From: Deltaproteobacteria bacterium
Lineage (GTDB): Bacteria > Desulfobacterota > Desulfobulbia > Desulfobulbales > JAGXFP01
Reading direction: 5' to 3'
Assembly: GCA_020056965.1 (NCBI GenBank)
Contig: JAGVGT010000083.1
Location: forward strand, 2,286-66,285
DNA: 64,000 nucleotides
Part shown: positions 17,300-28,500 of the stretch, piece by piece
How the letters are laid out: every line of letters begins with the position of its first letter
How positions within the stretch are numbered: the stretch's first letter is position 1
Made by a program: the position numbers and the translations under genes
The notes under the pieces: model-generated
Databases searched by the model: none
What the model saw: only the letters and a program-made list of their open reading frames with translations
Told to the model about the DNA's origin: nothing

Positions 17300-18352
17300 T
17301 CAGTCCTTCCAGAGAATGCCCTGGCGGTGGTCGATCTCTTTCCCGTTGGCGTCAAACTCTGCGGAACGGTCGATGTCGGGGTTGCGCACGTAGAGGAAGC
17401 GCTCAAGATTGCGCTGGAATTCGCTCCAATGGTAGCCCGGTTCCTCGCGCCGCCGTCCCAGGCCGGAGATGTAGTTGACCTTCGAGTCAAGATTGTCGAG
17501 GAAGTGTAAGACGAAGGCCTCCAGCATCATCGGCAGGGCGGGGGCGCCGAAGGCATGCTCGCCGTGGTGGGAGAGGACCAGATGCTGCAGCTGAGTCATG
17601 GTCTCCTCGGGAAAATCGGGGATGGCGTTGGCCAGTTTGCGCAGCAGTTCGATGCCCAGCACCATGTGGCCCACCAGGCGGCCCCGGTCCGAGTAGTCGT
17701 AGGGGTAATTGTCGTAGTCAAACTCGATCAGTTTGCCCAAATCGTGGGTGATCGCCCCGGCCAGCAGCAGGGAGCGGTCGATGGCCGGATAGAGGGTGGT
17801 GACCGCCTCGGCCAGTTTGGTCACCCCCAGGGTGTGCTCCAGAAGGCCGCCCAGATAGGCGTGGTGCATATACTTGGCGGCCGGGGCCTTCTTGAACAGC
17901 CCGGTCAGCCGGCGGTCGGTGAGAAAGGCCAGGGTCAGGTCGCGCAGGGGCGGGTTGGTAATGGACTTGGCCAACCGGGTCAATTCGGCCAGCATTTCCT
18001 TGAGATCGCCGGGGGCGGCGGGGATGAACTGGGCCATCTCCTCGGCACTCACTTCGGCCTTCTCCAGGTAATCCACCCGCAGTTGCACCACCCCCTTGTA
18101 CGACTGGGACTGGCCGCGCAGGTTGATGATCGCGCCCGGTTGGCACTGCGGCAGGTAACGGTCGGCATTGTCCCAAACCCGGCCGGCCAGCTCGCCGGAG
18201 GCGTCCATCAGGGTCAGTGACAAAAAGGGGCTGCCGCTCTTGGTCTCGCCGCGACTGGCCTCGCGGACCATGAACTGTCCTTCGACGTTCTGGTTGTCCT
18301 TGATGTCTTTGATCAGACTGCCCTTCATGTCTGGCCGGTGTCCTTTGTTCAA
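17300..18352 (-). CDS. YhaM-like 3'-5' exoribonuclease (OB + HD)
   Basis: PAAKYMHHAYLGGLLEHT, HDLGK, LSHHG. Confidence 0.92.
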   Translation of the reverse strand: MNKGHRPDMKGSLIKDIKDNQNVEGQFMVREASRGETKSGSPFLSLTLMDASGELAGRVWDNADRYLPQCQPGAIINLRGQSQSYKGVVQLRVDYLEKAEVSAEEMAQFIPAAPGDLKEMLAELTRLAKSITNPPLRDLTLAFLTDRRLTGLFKKAPAAKYMHHAYLGGLLEHTLGVTKLAEAVTTLYPAIDRSLLLAGAITHDLGKLIEFDYDNYPYDYSDRGRLVGHMVLGIELLRKLANAIPDFPEETMTQLQHLVLSHHGEHAFGAPALPMMLEAFVLHFLDNLDSKVNYISGLGRRREEPGYHWSEFQRNLERFLYVRNPDIDRSAEFDANGKEIDHRQGILWKD

Positions 18353-18387
18353 AGTTGTTTCAAGCTGGTGCCAGCCCTTTTAAAAGC

Positions 18388-18516
18388 GAACCGCAGAACC
18401 GCAGAACCGCGAAATATCCAACCGCAGAAGTGAGAAGCAAAGACGCGGACGGTCTCGCCTACGATTTTTTTCACTTCTACATTCTGCGGTTCCGCGGTTC
18501 GATATTCTGCGGTTGA
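18388..18516. repeat. Palindromic element with inverted arms of AACCGCAG/AATATC units
   Basis: Left arm GAACCGCAGAACCGCAGAACCGCGAAATATCCAACCGCAGAAGTG; right arm CACTTCTACATTCTGCGGTTCCGCGGTTCGATATTCTGCGGTTGA. Confidence 0.75.
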
Positions 18517-18565
18517 TCTTTAGGTGTGTACAAAAGCGGCCTGCAGCGGAGATCCAGAAAAGGAA

Positions 18566-21556
18566 TCAAAAGTTCAGGGTGGCCTGCCAGGCCCCCTTGA
18601 GTCCGACCAGCGGTTCGTCGAGTGCCACCACACCTTTGAGGCCGGTGATCAGCAGCTTTTTGGTTTCGATCACCGAGCCAATCTGGTGCCAGGTGGTGCC
18701 GGCCATGGCCTCCTCGAAACCGTCGGCCTGGGCCGGGTGGACCGTCACCAGCAAGCGGCTGGCCGATTCGGAGAAGAGCAGCACATCGTCGCGGTCGATC
18801 TCTTCGGCCGGGACGTTACGCAGGTCGATTTCCAGACCCAGCGCCCCGGCGAAGGCGGTTTCGGCCAGCGCCACGCCCAGGCCGCCGTCGGAGCAGTCGT
18901 GGCAGGAGGCGACCAGCCCCTTCTCGATGGCCAGGGCCAAGGCCCGGTAGCGGGCGATGGCCTCGACCCCGTCCACCTTGGGGACCCGGTTGCCGACTGC
19001 CCCCAGCTGGGCGCCGTATTCGGAACCGCCCAATTCCGGGTAGGTCATCCCCAAAATGTAGACCAGATCGCCGGCTCGTTTGGCGTCCATGGTCACCGCC
19101 TTGCGGACGTCGTCGATCTTGGCGACCACCGAGAAGAGCAGGGTGGGCGGGATGGAGATTTTGGTCCCGCCCACCTGGTAGTCGTTCTTCATCGAGTCCT
19201 TACCGGAGATGCAGGGCACCCCGTAGATCTTGGCGTAGTGGGCCAGGGCCTGGTTGGCCCGGACCAGCTGGGCCAGCTTGTAGGGGCCGTCCGGGGTCTT
19301 CTCGGAGAGGATCGGGTCGCACCAGCAAAAGTTGTCGAGCCCGGCCATGGTGGTCAGTCCCGCCCCCACGGAAACGGCGTTGCGCACCGCCTCGTCCATG
19401 GCGTTGGCGACCATGTGGTAACTGTCGATGTCGGAGTAGCGGGGGCAGATGCCGTGGGCGATGACCAGCCCTTCGAAGGAGTCGAGGATGGGCCGCAGCA
19501 CCGCCGCATCGCTGGGTCCGTCGTTGTCGGCCCCGGTCAGCGGCTTGACCACGCTGCCGGCCTGGACCTCGTGGTCGTACTGACGAACGATGTACTCCTT
19601 GCTACAGATGTTGAGGCGGCCCAGGAGTTTCTTCAACTCATGGCCCAGGTCCGGGGTGGTCGGCAGGGTCGGCTCGGGATAGTGCTTCTGCTCCCAGCGG
19701 GCCACCATCTGCATGGGCGGCAGGCCCTTGTGAACGAACTCCATGTCCATGCAGGCTACGGTTTTGCCTTAGTAGAGGACGTGGAACTTGCCGGAATCGG
19801 TGAAGGTGCCCAGCACAGTGGCCTCGACGTCCATCCGGGCGCAGAGATCCAAGAAGGGTGCGAGCTTTTCCTCCGGCACCGCCAGGGTCATGCGCTCCTG
19901 GGCCTCGGAGATGAAGATCTCCCAAGGCTGGAGTCCGGCGTATTTCAGGGGAGCCTTGTCCAGGTGCAGTTCGAAGCCGCCGGTGTCTTGGGCCATCTCG
20001 CCCACCGAGGAGGAGAGGCCGCCGGCGCCGTTGTCGGTGATGCAGTTGTACAGCCCCTGGTCGCGGGCCATCAGCAGGCAGTCGAACATCTTCTTCTGGG
20101 TGATGGGGTCGCCGATCTGGACTGCCGTGGCCGGGGAGTTTTCGTTCAGTTCCTCCGAGGAGAAGGTGGCGCCGTGGATGCCGTCCTTGCCGATCCGGCC
20201 GCCGGTCATGACGATATGGTCGCCGACCTTGGCCAATTTGTATTCGGAGGAAACCCCGTTGACGATGGCCGGCATGATTCCCACCGTGCCGCAGAAGACC
20301 AGGGGCTTACCGGCGAAGCGGTCGTCGAAGACCACCGAGCCGTTGACCGTGGGGATGCCGCTCTTGTTGCCGCCGTGCTCGACCCCTTCGCGCACCCCTT
20401 CCATGATCCGCTTGGGATGCAGCAACCGGGCCGGCAGGGGCTGGTCGTAGAAAGGCGTGGCGAAGCAGAAGACGTTGGTGTTGCAGATCAGCTTGGCGCC
20501 CTGGCCGGTGCCGAAGGGGTCGCGGTTGACCCCGACGATGCCGGTCAAGGCGCCGCCGTACGGGTCGAGGGCTGAGGGGCTGTTGTGGGTCTCGGCCTTG
20601 AAGACCACGTTCCAATCGGAGTTAAAGCGGATCACCCCGGCGTTGTCCTTGAAGACCGACAGGCACCAGTCGTCCTGGCCCATGTTGGCGCGGATCTCGG
20701 CGGTGGGCTGGCGGATGTAGGTGTCGAAGAGGTTATTGATCTGGCTCTTCTCGCCGGTCTCAGCATCCTCATAGGCGATGTCGCCGGAGAAGATCTTGTG
20801 CTTGCAGTGTTCCGACCAGGTCTGGGCCAGGACCTCCAGTTCCACATCGGTGATTTTCTCGCCCAACCCCATCTGTTTGCGGCTGGCGATGGTCTCGGGG
20901 CGGGCCAGGTAGTCGCGAATCAGCACCATCTCGGCCAGGGTCAGGGCCAGCACCCCGTCGCGACTGATCCGGATCAGTTCCGCGTCGGGTACATGCAGGT
21001 TGATCTCGGTGACCTGGGCCACCGCGTTGTTGACCACCTTGGCGGCAAAGGGCTTGATCCCTCCGGCCGCGGTGAATTCGGCCCGATCCATGACGGTGAA
21101 GCGCTGGATCAGCTCGTTGGCCAGCAGCTTTCTGGCGATGTTCTCGGCCCCGGCCCGGTCGATCGGGCCGGAGAGCAGGTACTGCACCGAGGTATAGACT
21201 GCCTCGGTGGTAGCGAGCTTGCGGCCCAGCAGCAGTTCCAGGGCCTGGGCCGAGGTGCGCCCCTCGTTGTCGGTGACGCCGGGGCGGAAACCCACCTCGA
21301 TCAGCCAGTCGAAATCCAGTTGCCACTTAAGGGCCAGCGGGGTCAGCGACCATTCCTGGGTGACCGGATCGCAGAACGGCCCGGCGGCGGCCGCGGCCAG
21401 CTCGTCCTGGCTGATCTCGGCGTCGATGGTGAAGACCTTGATGGTCCGGACCTTGTTCACCGGCAGGGCAAGATCGGTGTTGATCCGCTTGCAGGTGTTG
21501 TCCCCGAAGGCGTCCTTCAGGGAAAGCTTTAGTCCTACCTGGATTCTGGCGAGCAT
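18566..21556 (-). CDS. purL: Phosphoribosylformylglycinamidine synthase PurL (~996 codons, no glutaminase domain), interrupted by one in-frame TAA at 19769-19771
   Basis: AQTWSEHCKHK, KAETHNSPS, DNGAGG, SEAQERM, QYDHEVQ, GKDSM, HDCSDGGL. The two listed ORFs share one frame. ATG 21556 follows AGGAG. Confidence 0.93.
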
Positions 21557-22009
21557 ACAGACTCCTGTGATAAAGGCGATAAGTTGATAAAAGAACGACA
21601 GCGCCGCTACTATACTAAAAGGTCTTCTTCTTGGAAACGGGGAAAGATATGGCGGGGTGCCATTTTGTTTTGGTAACGGGAAAGCGGTCGCTTGCCGTCG
21701 CGACGAAACCGTCTCGGGCAGCATTCCCGGGCCGGTTTGTGGGTGTGCTAATCGCCGGATTGCTAAATTGGGCCATTTGGGTTTATTGTGAGTCTCAGCT
21801 GAGGCATGGAACTTGGCAATACCCGGGTGGCTATTAAAAAATATTACAAACTCTGCTGCCTGCTGTAATTGTTTTTTATAATGGCTGGTCGGTCGCTTTC
21901 GCGGTCGGGTTTCTTCTTAGGTGAAAACCTCTTTAATATCGAGATGTTGCTGCAAAAAAAGATGGGGTGGCGGTTGTGGGTGTGAAAATTGCATTTGGAA
22001 TTTGGTGCC

Positions 22010-22726
22010 ATGATAACAATAAAACACAATAACTGCGAAACCAGCCGTTTGGGCAGCCGGGGCTTCTCCCTGATCGAATTGATGGTCGTGGTCGCCATCC
22101 TCGGTATCCTGGCCGCCGCCGTCGGCATTTACATCAACAATGCCGATGCCAAGCTCAAATCCTTCGCCTTCAATGTGGGCAGCCGTTTCAAACAGGCCAA
22201 GTTCGAGGCCATGAAGCGCGGCCGTAATGTCTATATTGATTTCGACCTGTTGCGCGATGGCGTTATCGATAACGGCTACACCCTGTGGGTCAACAATAAC
22301 GACAACGTCAATAGCACCTATGAAGCGTGGATTGACGCCAACGCCGACGGTGTGTGTCAAGATACCGAGGGGGATTGTCTGATCGCCACTGTGGATTTCC
22401 CCAATCGGGCCAGTCTCGGCCATCCGGGGCCGGAGATCTATAACGCTGATGCCGCCTTTCCCACCGGTGGGCCGGAGGCTGACGGCCCCGGCACCAAAGT
22501 CATCAACACCGGAGTACCCGCTACCCCCCGTTTCTTTTTTAAGCCCAGTGGCGACGCAGATAACGCGACGATCTACATATATTTTCCCAGTGGCGGAGTT
22601 GGTGCCGAAGAGGTCGCCGCTGGCCCGTGGGCGATAACCGTCAACACTGTGGGCCGGATCCAGCTGGATGAATGGAAGCCGGAATTGAAGAGACCTGGGC
22701 ATAGCGGGTGGGTATCGGAAGGGTAA
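22010..22726 (+). CDS. FimT/FimU-like minor pilin
   Basis: Prepilin motif RG|FSLIELMVVVAILGILAA; FFFKPSG and ITVNTVGRI C-terminal pattern. Confidence 0.8.
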   Translation: MITIKHNNCETSRLGSRGFSLIELMVVVAILGILAAAVGIYINNADAKLKSFAFNVGSRFKQAKFEAMKRGRNVYIDFDLLRDGVIDNGYTLWVNNNDNVNSTYEAWIDANADGVCQDTEGDCLIATVDFPNRASLGHPGPEIYNADAAFPTGGPEADGPGTKVINTGVPATPRFFFKPSGDADNATIYIYFPSGGVGAEEVAAGPWAITVNTVGRIQLDEWKPELKRPGHSGWVSEG

Positions 22727-22757
22727 CCAAGTTAGCGAGAATTATCGGAATCCAATT

Positions 22758-23957
22758 ATGAAATTTGTAAAAAAGAGCTATTTGCCGCCGGGCTTCACCC
22801 TGGTGGAGATCATGGTCTCCATGGTCATCACCCTGATTGTCATGGGCGGGGTGTATCGGACCCTGGCCGATGAAGACATCAACCATGACCGGAGCGAGAA
22901 GATTCTGGACATGCAGAACAATGCCCGGTCAGCCATGGAGCGTATCGCCCGGGATGTCCGGCGCACCGGTTCCCTAGGATGCGGCGGAGAATTGGCCAAA
23001 AATACCCTTAAAAACTCGGTGACTACCGATACCGCCTTCATCAGTCAATATACGGCGGGGGCGCCTTGGACCGGCGGCGAGGCTATCCTCTCCACGCTGG
23101 TAACTGCGGCCGGAGCAGGGACGAGCATTAACTTTTTGAGCGAGGTGATGGGTTTCAATAACGATGCCGCCGCCGGACACGCCCTATACCAGGTGGCTAC
23201 TGACGCCTTAACCCTGGTCTACCTTTCCGAGGAACGGGAGGTGGTGGGTGGGACCATGGGGGCTGGGGCGCCACCGACGGACGACTCCTTCACCCTTACC
23301 GCCCGGGGTTTTGGGCAAAACGATATCCTCTACATCACCGATTGCCAGAACTATTCCCTTTTCCAGAAGACCAACGGCGCTGATGTTGCCACTGTGGATC
23401 ACCTTGCCAGCACCGGAATTAACACCGCCGATGTTGATCTGGGTAAAGACTACGGCGCTCAAGCAACGGCCCGGGTTTTTAAGCTCAATACCGCCACCTA
23501 TTTCATTCGTACCGGCGGGGGTTTTGAGCTGTGCCGGAACGACATCACCCGGCAAATCGCCTCCAACATCGAGGACCTGCAGTTCGAGTTTCTGGGCGAC
23601 CTTGACGGGAACGGGAACCTGGCCAACGATACCTGGCAGCCTAGCCTTGCCGGCTTTACCTCCGCCAGGGCGGTACGGGCGGTACGGATCTGGGTGCTGG
23701 CCATGAGCGAGCCGGACTTTTCCTATTCCGATAACAACACCTACGATTACCCCAACAGCCCTTACTATACACCCGACCCGAATACGATCTACAGGGACGC
23801 CGCCGGGAACCTTAAACCGCCCAATCCCTTCACCAGCCTTAACGGGGCTGGTGGTTCGCCGGCCGCCCTGGCGCTGGCCAGCCCGCCCGACGGTGAGCAT
23901 CGGCACCGGTATCTGGCCTCGGCGGTGGTCTATTTACGCAATGCCGGACTTTCGTGA
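22758..23957 (+). CDS. pilW: PilW-like minor pilin
   Basis: G|FTLVEIMVSM, MQNNARSAMERIARDVRRTG, NIEDLQF, VRAVRI, VYLRN. Confidence 0.85.
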   Translation: MKFVKKSYLPPGFTLVEIMVSMVITLIVMGGVYRTLADEDINHDRSEKILDMQNNARSAMERIARDVRRTGSLGCGGELAKNTLKNSVTTDTAFISQYTAGAPWTGGEAILSTLVTAAGAGTSINFLSEVMGFNNDAAAGHALYQVATDALTLVYLSEEREVVGGTMGAGAPPTDDSFTLTARGFGQNDILYITDCQNYSLFQKTNGADVATVDHLASTGINTADVDLGKDYGAQATARVFKLNTATYFIRTGGGFELCRNDITRQIASNIEDLQFEFLGDLDGNGNLANDTWQPSLAGFTSARAVRAVRIWVLAMSEPDFSYSDNNTYDYPNSPYYTPDPNTIYRDAAGNLKPPNPFTSLNGAGGSPAALALASPPDGEHRHRYLASAVVYLRNAGLS

Positions 23958-24424
23958 GGATGAATATGCGAAAACATCTCTTGGCGCAGGAGAAGGGCTT
24001 TACTCTTCTGGAAGTGGTCTTTGCCGTGGGTATCCTGGCCATCGGCATGATGGGTTATACAGCGCTCAAAATCTCCAACCGGTATAGCTGGGTTTTCGCC
24101 AAGGACCTCTCCCAGGCCGTGCAGTTAACCGGCGCCAACCTGGAAGGTTTATGGGTGGCCGGTTTCCACGATATCGGCTGGATGAGTTCCGGTGACCACA
24201 GCGTCATCGTCAACCCCGACGGGAGTCATGCCCTGAATAATGCACTGAATGTTGCCGACCAGGAACCTCCGGTTAGTGCCGGCGATTTTACCGCCACCAG
24301 CGTGGACTGGACGGTGCGGGTAGGTTGTCCCAGTGAGTTGACCAAGATGGTCAACTATACCACCAACTGGAGCGTTGCTGGCGCCAAGAGCATGGCCGTA
24401 ACCCAGGTGCAGGTGCGGCCATGA
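23954..24424 (+). CDS. pilV: PilV-like minor pilin
   Basis: KG|FTLLEVVFAVGILAIGMMG; overlaps its neighbours. Confidence 0.8.
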   Translation: MRMNMRKHLLAQEKGFTLLEVVFAVGILAIGMMGYTALKISNRYSWVFAKDLSQAVQLTGANLEGLWVAGFHDIGWMSSGDHSVIVNPDGSHALNNALNVADQEPPVSAGDFTATSVDWTVRVGCPSELTKMVNYTTNWSVAGAKSMAVTQVQVRP

Positions 24425-25038
24425 ACAAATTCGCGATGCTGGCCGAACCGGCCCGGGACCAGCGGGGCATGGCCCTGATCTCGGCCCTGCTGTTGCTGCT
24501 GGTGATTTCCCTGCTGGCCGTGGGCTTGAGCATGGATTCCTCCATGGATGTGCGTGGGGCCGCCTATCAGCGTTTCAGGGCGCGGGCCTTCGGTTCCGCC
24601 GAGGCGGGCCTGATGGCGGCCACCGATATCCTCGAGGAAAACGCCTTCGTGGGCGGCTGGACCAACCCCAATGGTCTTTTGCCCTTTACCTTTCCCAACC
24701 TGAGCGAGCAATACGATGACATCAACCCGGGAACCATCAATATCCTCCAGGACGGCGTCTTCTATATGGACAAAAATGACCTCACCAACCCCCCTAATAC
24801 GATCATGCAGATGACCGGCGATATCGAGGCGGACATCATCACCCAGTACATCACCTCGCAGCTGGCCTATGGCGGGGCCATCCAGGTTGCCGCCGGCTAT
24901 GGCGGCTCCGGCAAAGGGGTCGGGGGCGGCGGCGGGCATATTATCTACAACATCCAATCAACCGGGCGCGATGGAGCCGTTGGTTCGGAGCAGGCCTCAA
25001 CCGTTTTGGCCTTGAATTACCGTTATGTAACCAAGTAG
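24421..25038 (+). CDS. pilX: PilX-like minor pilin
   Basis: QRG|MALISALLLL lacking Glu5; AFGSAEAGL. Confidence 0.85.
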   Translation: MNKFAMLAEPARDQRGMALISALLLLLVISLLAVGLSMDSSMDVRGAAYQRFRARAFGSAEAGLMAATDILEENAFVGGWTNPNGLLPFTFPNLSEQYDDINPGTINILQDGVFYMDKNDLTNPPNTIMQMTGDIEADIITQYITSQLAYGGAIQVAAGYGGSGKGVGGGGGHIIYNIQSTGRDGAVGSEQASTVLALNYRYVTK

Positions 25039-25087
25039 TCGGGCGAGTTGGCAGTCCCCGGCAGGGAACTTCAGAGGAGGAAAGGCG

Positions 25088-25447
25088 ATGTCCATGAGAA
25101 TGGCGGTATGGTTGCCCGGAATGGTCGCAGTGGTTTTTTCGGTGTTGTTGTCATTGGGATCGGCGGTGGCGGCCGATTATTCCGCCAGTGACATGCATCG
25201 CGGTGAACAGTTTTATGATGAGGCCCTGCTTGGGGTAGAGAATGTTGATGAACGCTGGCTGTTGAATTTTGACCGGCAGAAACCAGCGATACTGCCGGAT
25301 AATTTCACCATGAGCTATTGCGGCAAGGAACTGGCACCCACCGGCGCTAACTTGACGGCCATGATCGGCAAGCCTTGTCGCTCGTGGTCCATGGCGGTGG
25401 AGCATAAAATGCTGGTCTACCACCGGTTGGAATTCCAGTGCAGGTGA
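25088..25447 (+). CDS. Small secreted hypothetical protein in the pilus operon
   Basis: GAGGAA RBS; signal peptide ending AVA-A; three Cys. Confidence 0.7.
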   Translation: MSMRMAVWLPGMVAVVFSVLLSLGSAVAADYSASDMHRGEQFYDEALLGVENVDERWLLNFDRQKPAILPDNFTMSYCGKELAPTGANLTAMIGKPCRSWSMAVEHKMLVYHRLEFQCR

Positions 25448-25522
25448 ATCGATCAGTTTTCGCAGAGTCTGTGCGTTTGAGGGTTGATTAGGGTTTGTCT
25501 GGAGTAATTTGGTTGAGGAGGA

Positions 25523-28500
25523 ATGGTCATGAGAGCAGCGACAGGCATTAGGGCGACGTGCGTTTTCTTGTTGTTTGGGGGTGTTCTGCTCATCGGCCCG
25601 GGACGGGCGCTGGCCATCAATACCGTGAGCGACTATCAGAAGAGTCCGGCCTTCGTCACCTCGCCGGTCCAGCCCTTAACCATGCTGATGCTGGATAACA
25701 GCGGAAGTATGGGTTTCGATGCCTACTCCGGCACCTACGATGCCACCAGGAATTACTACGGACTTTTTGAGACGAGAACGACGTCAGCGAGCGCTGCGGA
25801 CATCTACTATTACCACCCCTTCAACATTGCCGGCAGCGGCGATGTCTGCAACTATGACGGCATCAGCGGTTCGTGCAACAAACCGGACCTCACGGCCACC
25901 GGCGAGTGCACCTACCCGGAGCGAACCTGCACTACCGGCGCGGTCGGCGACTACGTCTGCTTCCAGGCCGGGAGTGATTCCGGTACATATACCTCTGATA
26001 ATTGTAATGATGATTGTTCTGGTAATACCAACTGTTCAGAGTATCAATATACCTGTCAAAGTGGCTATGTGACTTCTGGAAGTAAATATGACAAGAAATG
26101 TAGCGATGTTAGTTGTTCCAGCGGCTACTCCTGTACCGAAGCGTATTACTGCAGCGGCAACACCAGTGTTATCTATGCCGAGGATGCTTGCGATGCAGAT
26201 GGTAGCGGTACCTCCGACTGCTCTGGGGGGGCGAGTAACTGCAAACCATTCACCTATAGCAGCGGGAGTAAGAACTCTAAAACATGCGTGAAGTACTCTC
26301 TGAGTGGGACCTACGACAACAACACCTGTGACAGCCAGTGTTCGAGTTCGGCATGTCAGGCGAAGAATTATACCTGTAAAGGACTAGATCGTTCCACCGG
26401 CATAACCTACAGTAACTCTACCTGTGACGGCAGTGACGGCAACACCACCACCGATTGCTCAAGCGGCTACTCCTGCGTGAATGCCTCCAAGTGCGTCAAA
26501 CAGGGGAGCACAACCAGGTATTATGGTAGCTCGAGTTGTGAAGATTACTACGACACCGATGACGATAAAACAAGATCCTGTTCCGGTACCTGTTCGTCAA
26601 CCGGTGGCGGCGGCAGCGTGGTTACCTGGACCGGCCAAGCCTGTGCGTCCTGTACAGCCTTGGGCGGCGTCTGCAACAACACCGGGTCCTTATATGCCAT
26701 TCCCAACTATAACTGTGTGGCCGATAGCACGGTGTGCGACAGTTTTAAGCTGGCCGACTCGGTGTGTACTCCCACCGGGGGTACCGTCACGACCTGCGAT
26801 TGGGTCGACTTGGAGCAGAAGGCTACCTGTCAGGCCATCTGCGGCGGCATCCTGGTTGATGTCCCCACGGGGCCTCAGCAGGCCGGTTGCACAACCGCCA
26901 CCGAGAAGAGCGATTGTGTTACCAAGTATGGCAGCGTCTGCGAGACCGGGATCACCTATACCACCGCTCGGGCCTCATATTGGCGTAAAACCCCGGCCGA
27001 CGGCACGAATCCTCTCGGTTGGAATTGCAACACCGGCGACTGTCTCGGGGCCGGCGCCAATGTCACCCTCGGCAACCAGCTTAATTTTGACCAGATGACC
27101 CAGATGGACGTGGCCAAGAAGGTCCTGATCGGCGGCAAGCGGACCACGGTTTCGTCCATCCCCGGAACCGTCGAGCTGGACGGCGATTTCAACCAGACCT
27201 CCAACAAGTACATCTGTTCCACCAATGGGCTGATTTACAACTCGCGGAGTGATTGCCGAGATGCCAGTGGTTGCGATAGTTCCACCTGTACCCCCTTCTC
27301 GGAAGGCGGCAACAACGGGAATATTGTCCTGCAGCCGGGCGAGGATCCCAAGGGCATCCTGCAGAACAACGAGGGGCTGGCCTGGGGCTTCGGTGTGTTC
27401 AACTCCCCCGACGGCGGTATCATCAAGAATTACATCGGCAGCCCCAATGCCGATATCGTCAAATCGATCAATGATACCCCCTCCAGCGGAGCAACCCCCG
27501 TGGCCGAGTCCCTCAACACGGTGGTCAACTATTTCCGGCAGGTGACGCCGTACTACAAAAACCCCGGGGAATACACTGTCGATACCCCATCCAGCGGGAC
27601 CGGCCTCTGGGATCCTTTCGTCGCCGATGACGGCTCCAAGTCATTTGCCCCCTGCGGTCGGGCCTCGACCATCCTCATTACCGACGGTGAGCCGAATCAG
27701 GACGATAAGTTCGATGCCACTATCAAAAACTACGCCAATAATAACAGCAGCGGCATAACCGATTTCATCTCCCCAACCTCCGGGACCAATACTTACTTCG
27801 TGGACGATGTCGCTTACTGGGCCCATAAAAACGATCTGCGGACCGAGGCCCAGATGGGTGGCCCCCAGACCTTGGACACCTACATGATTTACGCCTTCGG
27901 CAATGACCCCGCCAGTAAGTTGAAATTGCAGAACGCGGCGGTGCTGGGCGCCTTCATCGACAAGAACGGCGACGGCAAGCCCAACAGCAAGGCCGTGGAG
28001 AAGCTTGCCGCCGCCGATGCCAGGGAGTGGGATTTTTACGTGGACCCCGCCACCCCCGGAGACGATATCCCCGACAACTATGCCGAAGCCAACGACGGTG
28101 AGCTGCTGGCCAGCAAGCTGCAGAACATGCTCGGGCAGATTCAGCAGAAGGTTTCGGCCGGTTCGGCCGCCTCGGTCATCTCGGCCAGCCGTAGCGGCGA
28201 GGGCGCCATCTACCAGGCGATCTTCTACCCCAAGACCCCGCCCGACGACGCCTACCGGAAGATCACCTGGGTGGGGGATGTCCATGCCCTCTGGCTGGAC
28301 GACTACGGCAACATGCGGGAGGACTGCGACGCCGACGATACCGGCGACGCCTGCGTCGCCAGCGATGCGACCTTGAACGTCAAGACCGACAAAATCATCG
28401 AATTTTATTCCGACACCACCACCGGCGAGGCCATGATCCGGACCTTCCGCGACCTCAACGGGGACAGTAAGTATATCTCGGGGGTATGCAGCGTGGCCCT

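Noticed and set aside
18388-18516. Possible CRISPR array
   Set aside because: Units are 7-8 bp with no unique spacers, the arms are inverted, and there are no cas genes in the window.
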